A stretch of DNA of 64,000 nt from Orbicella franksi (lineage: Eukaryota), in contig OZ116700.1 in NCBI GenBank assembly GCA_964199315.1, positions 33,046,001 to 33,110,000 on the forward strand, given 5' to 3'. Positions 39,201 through 45,200 of this stretch are shown in pieces (position 1 is the first letter of the stretch; each line of letters opens with the position of its first letter). The notes below the pieces were generated by a model, which searched no databases, had not been told where the DNA came from, and saw only the letters and a list, made by a program, of their open reading frames with translations. The translations under genes were made by a program, and so were the position numbers.

Positions 39201-42200
39201 TGCCAGTGCTTGCTCAAGTGTTGTTTTGTCTTTGGTACTTTGCAAAGTGTTGATATATGCAGGCAATGTAATATAGTTGTAAAATGTTACAAGATCCATC
39301 TTAGCTGTGCCACCAAGGTCAAACTTCAAAAAACCATGTGTTATTCCTTGCTCAGGAATCCGGAATCTGTTGCCCAGATCTTTGAAGAAACCTTTAGATT
39401 TTTGCACAACTTTTGGCTCATTCATACTGGTGGTGTCAATCGCAAACATTAGGTGGACAGGCTGTTTTACATCTGAAGATCGATAACATTAATGAAAATA
39501 TCATACTATTGTATAAGAAAAGAGAAAATCAACTTATACAAACTACTGTATTATAAAACAAGACCAAAGTGAACCTAGTTATACCAGAGAACCATGAAAT
39601 ACATAATTGGAGTTATCAATGAACAATAGAGCAACAACAACATTAGCTAGACTGTTTCCAACATCACTCTTTTTAGACTCTGATCTAAGGGACAGACCAT
39701 TATTTTTTCTAAGGGGGTGAGAGGGGGTTGGGCAATTTCCAAAAACAAAATTCCTGTGCAGCCAAAACTGCTGAAAATAGGTCAAAATAAAATCATGCAA
39801 GGGGAGCCATGGGGAAAAAAATCAAGCTTGAAAGTGTTTTCTACTATCCAAATCCTGTGTTTGACTTTTTAAAAAAATTCTTGCACAAGCAATTACCCAC
39901 CAAGAAAAATCATGCACAACCTAAAGGTGAGAAAAAATCTCATGCCACAGAACATTGCCCACCTCCACCCCCTTAAAAAAATGATGGTCCGTCCGTAAGA
40001 TCACCCTGAATTATGCTATCCTTTGAAATACCTACCGCAAGCTGCCATGCTCTTGACTGTGATTGTCTTCCTTTTGGAGCAAGAGTGCCTTTGAAGCTCG
40101 CATTCATTCTCATAAGTCATATCATCGCTTCCACAGACTGGCATGTTAGCCTTGGAGCAGTTTGAAGGACACTGACACATGTGACTGAGGCCATCACTGG
40201 ACCGGCGGCAGATGGAGTAGAATTCACAAACGATAGACTGGCAGGGATCTGAGAAAAGGGAATCAATTAGTTAATTTCTTGCACGCAAATGCAAATCAAG
40301 GATGCAATAAATGAGAATTATTAACGTTTCAAGAGCCAAACGACAAGCTTAATTAGAAGCTTGAGCATTAATCCACATAGATCAACACTGAGTTGAGAAA
40401 CTTGGCATCAAAATAACTGAGAGAGCTTCACTATATTGCTGTATTCTGATCTTTGTGTGCGCAATGTTCGTCCAAATATGCAAATGCCTTCCTCTGCAGG
40501 AGTACATGGAACATATCTCTTAGCACCAGTACTTCGCCAAAATCCAAAACGTTCGTACGCTGAAATGCCCATGGACGATCAATTGAAGTATTTTGCATGC
40601 GTCATCATCCTAGCAATTTTCTTCTGATGATCAACAATGCGATTATCAAAACATTGACTTAGCAGAAGAGAACCGTTTCGAAACCTCATCCTTTCAATGA
40701 GCCAGAATCTTTCAGCGCACAACGAAGACAACAACATGGCACTCAATAATCTTGCCGGGATCTCTCTTGCCTGCTGCGCTCAATCACGATCATACTTGCA
40801 GGAACTTTGGAACGGACCTTTGGAACGGACTTTTGAAACGGACTTTTGGAGCCGACTTTTGGAACGGGCAACAAGAACCTGAAGGATGTTGCAAATCGTT
40901 TGAAATAGGCGGTCACTTCCGACCGATGCCAAGAATTTTGAATAGACCTAACAAAATGAATGAGTTATTTCTTCCACTAAGCGCGTTTATTGATTCCAAT
41001 TTAAAATTTGTTTTTACTAGTAACTCTCTACTCTCTCTCGGCTCGTTCACTTACCTTCGTCTTGAGTACAAACAGTCTGTTCCAGCAGCATCTCCCCGAC
41101 AGGTCTACACTTGCCACACCAGCCACCGCACTTAGCAGACACCAAGGTGCCGTCCTTGGATTTTTTGTACTCGTGCATTTCAATTCCAGGAGGGAAACCT
41201 ATCGCTTGCCATTCTGTGGACGCCTTCAAGTGCAAGCCGGTATGAGTCAGGTCCACCTTAAAATGTCCCCTCCTGCACGCACCACCGTAATGCATCGAAA
41301 AGCAGTCGCCAGCCGAACCATAGGCGATTCTCCTTCCGAACGGATCCGACTTGGCGAAGGTGAAATCGTCTCGAACGATGGCCATCCTCGGGAGATCCAC
41401 ACGAACTTTTCGGAACTTCGTCAATCCGGCTGAGGAATAGTTCATCGCTCCAGGCTTTCCCTCACACTTGTACCTGGCCGAGTAGGGTCTGGGAGGCAGC
41501 CGTTTGGCGTAGATGTAGGCATAGTTGTTTTGCACGCCGGCTGGCAGCGTGACGTATTCTTTAGGTGAACTGGTATTCATACCATGACAGTAGACCTTCA
41601 TTGGTGTGTTACACTCTGGTCGTACATAAATGACGTACTCGCCGTCCGTAGAGCCGACGCCCGCATTTTTCAAACCTAAACAGCTTGTGGCACCTACAAA
41701 ATGAAAAATCTTGATGAGACAGGGATATCGTCACTTAGAAACGAGCTACACATCCATGAAACTAATTAACAATTTTTTCGTACAAACATTTGTACGTACA
41801 ATGTTTTCGTGCAAATCAATTATAAGCCCTTACATATTACCAATAAAAATTCTTACAACAGCCAGAGACGCAGATTCGTACCCAGTCACTATTTGCGTGT
41901 TTCGGGAGGAGAGCAGATTGGATACTAGAGTGGATTACGGCGCGCGGGGTGTCTTGGGAAGGGTCGAAATAGCCTCCCGCGCGCTTCACTCGATCCAGGA
42001 TATTTTCTCTTTGAAAAAATCAAATCTGACCCTTAAATAGCGACTGGGTACGAGTCTGCCAGAGACGCGAATCGGAAAGTTACGTTGATTTTGCATGACG
42101 TACCGCACTGCCCGAAGTGGAGTCGTGTAATATCCCTCTGAAATTGACATCTAGCGGCTCTCATGAGGCACGGATTGTTGTAGGTTCTACCATCTGTACC

Positions 42201-45200
42201 ACAGACTGGGTCGTATTGCCGGGTACAGTATATTCTACACTGACAGCGTAAACGGCCGCTTGAATCAGCGCCACACTCTCCACCATACTGACAGTTCCTT
42301 TCGTTGCACTCAACTCCTTGTTGGAAAGCTAGTATCCTGCCTCCGTTTTCAAAAGAATGGTCTGAAAAAACGGAAATTGCATTGAATTATATCCTCGTGT
42401 AAGTCTTTTTAACAACGAATATTATCACTCGTTCCTTCATCTATCGCTTCATCGACCCCACCCTCCCCCCCCACTCCATGGTTACGTCGCCCCTCGCCCC
42501 CCTCCCCCCAAAAAAACTTTCTTCTTTCTCTTGCTGGACTGCCGCTTAGCAAGAAACTAACCTAAAAAAAAATGGTTTTCCAGTAACTACACTACTTGTT
42601 CCCAGTATCTGCTCAGATAATAAGCATGGTTACGACATTACATGTGTTGTGAATGTCGCCTTTTCACTGGAAAACGATGTGCAGAGTACAGTATAGAGCT
42701 TTATAGAAAGTCCGCTGAGGTGAGTCAAATTCAAAATGATCATATCCGGCCAATCACAATACGTATAAATAAACCAATCAGAATTCATATTGTAAAGAAA
42801 AAACATGGTACCAATACCAAGCGTGGAAAAATGTAGCGGGTGCACATTCAGAAAAACTTTCGACGCCAAAACAAATTAATTTTGGTTTTATTCTCATCTG
42901 GTTGAAAAATACAGGCTTTTGTTTTATAATAGAGAACATGACAAAGTTTTGTTTTTGTTGTTAATTTATTTGTTTGTTTGCTTTTTTTTCTTCTTGTAAA
43001 TAAAGTTATTATTATACTAGTCAGTAACGGTAACCAAAACCCTAAGACTACAAGTAGTCCCTCTTTCGCTTAGCTCGTCGAGTGTGACCGTAATTCTGGG
43101 GGCGAGAAGCGCGAGAAAGGACGGATTTCGCGCGGCCATTTTTCCTCAAGGTTTTCTTTCACGCCAAGCATGGCGGACTGAATGAAAGAGGGGCTACTCG
43201 TGGTCTAACCCAAACCCCATCATTGAGGGTCTCAAGGAAACGAGGTCATGGCTTCCCACGGGGTTTAAAAATTACCCCGCACGTAACAGTTTTGTTGCCG
43301 CTGGTATAAGACATAGCATCATAAGTCGTGTTATCAGACCCATCCTCTTCTAATTGATAAAGGCGGGGCATCATGACAAATTCTAATCAGGTACCGCCGA
43401 CGTAATATAGAATTAGAACTGACATACCATACCAGAACATGAAAATTCTAAAATCTCTCAGCTGATCCCTACAACCTCACGTAATACATTAACAGGAAAT
43501 TTAGAATGTTTAGAGTCAATTCAACCGACGTTTGAAAAGGAAACTTGCCGATTTGTTTACTAATGGCTGTTTGGAACCAAACCCTTCTTTTAGTTTTGAC
43601 CTTTCGTGCTAGAGCTTGTAAAGATTTAGCTAAAAACTACGACTTAAAATAATGCCGGAAATAAGTGGATTCTGCATCAAAACGCTTTTTGTTTCACGTA
43701 TTGCACCGAAGCAGACATAAACACGACAAACAAATGATACTTTAAAAAAAAAAAAACGTTGATATGTGTTCTCTTATTCTCTAGTTAAAGTTTGACACGG
43801 TTTCCTTGTTGTGTGTGCTGAAGATTAATTTTGCAATGGCGCAGTTTTCATAATACGTCAAGTGGGTAAAATGTCATTGTAAACATGTTGGTTTATCGTC
43901 GGAAAAATACAGCATAAACAAACGTACAGAACAGTGGTTGAAAGGAGGAAATTAAGCTGCGAGATTAAAGTTCTTAACTTCTCCTTAACACGACGGTGTT
44001 TAAGCGGATTATTTTAACAGAAAATTAACACTGTATGTTATTTTCCATCTTCAACAGTCCAAGCTTTATTTCGTTTGAAACGTCTGGCTCACGTAGCTAT
44101 TGGTATTCTTACAAATATGTAACGCAGACCTCAATAAAAGCCCGAAAGTTTTCGCTTGTTGCTCAGTGAGAGTCCGCTGCGCAATAGGAGATTTCTAACA
44201 CTTATTCTTTTTTTGTGCCTAATATGTAGGAGTTCGTGGAAGCCAAACCCTGGAAATCGGTGGTCCACCTAGGACTGAGATGTTTTCAAGATCGTAACTG
44301 TTTAAACGGAACCGATGAATCCTTGCCGAGAGTGGATTCTTCGGTTCCTTTGACGCACCATGATCCGAGAGATCTTGGATTGATCTGTTTAGAAAAGAAA
44401 CGGAAAATCCGTTTTGGGATTTAAGAATTCAATCTTGGATTTTCTTAAAGAAACGCACCCCAAGTTTCTGCCATTTTTCTAGCTTGTTTCCTTGTCTGGA
44501 TTTTCTTGCGGGTTTTTCTGTCACTTGAGTTGGCTGTTTTGAATTTCATTCAACGTTTGAACCATTGCGCTAAGTAGTGTGAGGTATCTTCTTAGAGGCC
44601 AAACCGGCTTACCTCCCGAGATCGACAACCTGAGTAAACATTTAGCTGCAGGAGTAATGGACTTCTGGTAACTATTGTCGAAAACCGCGCGCGAAACTCC
44701 GTTTGTTTACTCATCTGAGATCGATCGCCTGAGCGCGGAAAATATCAACATAACTCATCTACCGTCAACCACGGACACAAAACAGGGTCCCAAAACGACT
44801 CGCTTATGCTTGTCTCGCGATTACGTTCGAATAAGTTCTACCGAGAAAACTGGCTGTTTTGGCGGCAGTGACAATTATGCTGCCCGAAGAGGAAAATTTT
44901 AAGCAGACCAAGAAAAATACAACATTACGCACAAGATCATCAGAAATTGTAACATGGCGACACAGAAAGAGTTGGAAGTCTGGTTAGCAAGGGACTATTT
45001 CATATCGAACAGAATTCGAGCAGGTCTGAGTGTTGAATCATAAGTAGGATAGAATCGAAGTTGGTGGCAATCTTTCCCAAACATACGGTATTTTGTTTGG
45101 AATGTTTTCGTCTGAGGCGAGAATGCCGCCCACCACTTTACATGAACAAGAAGTGGTATAACAAAATCGTGGTTTGGTTAATTAAAAGGAATCAAAAAGC

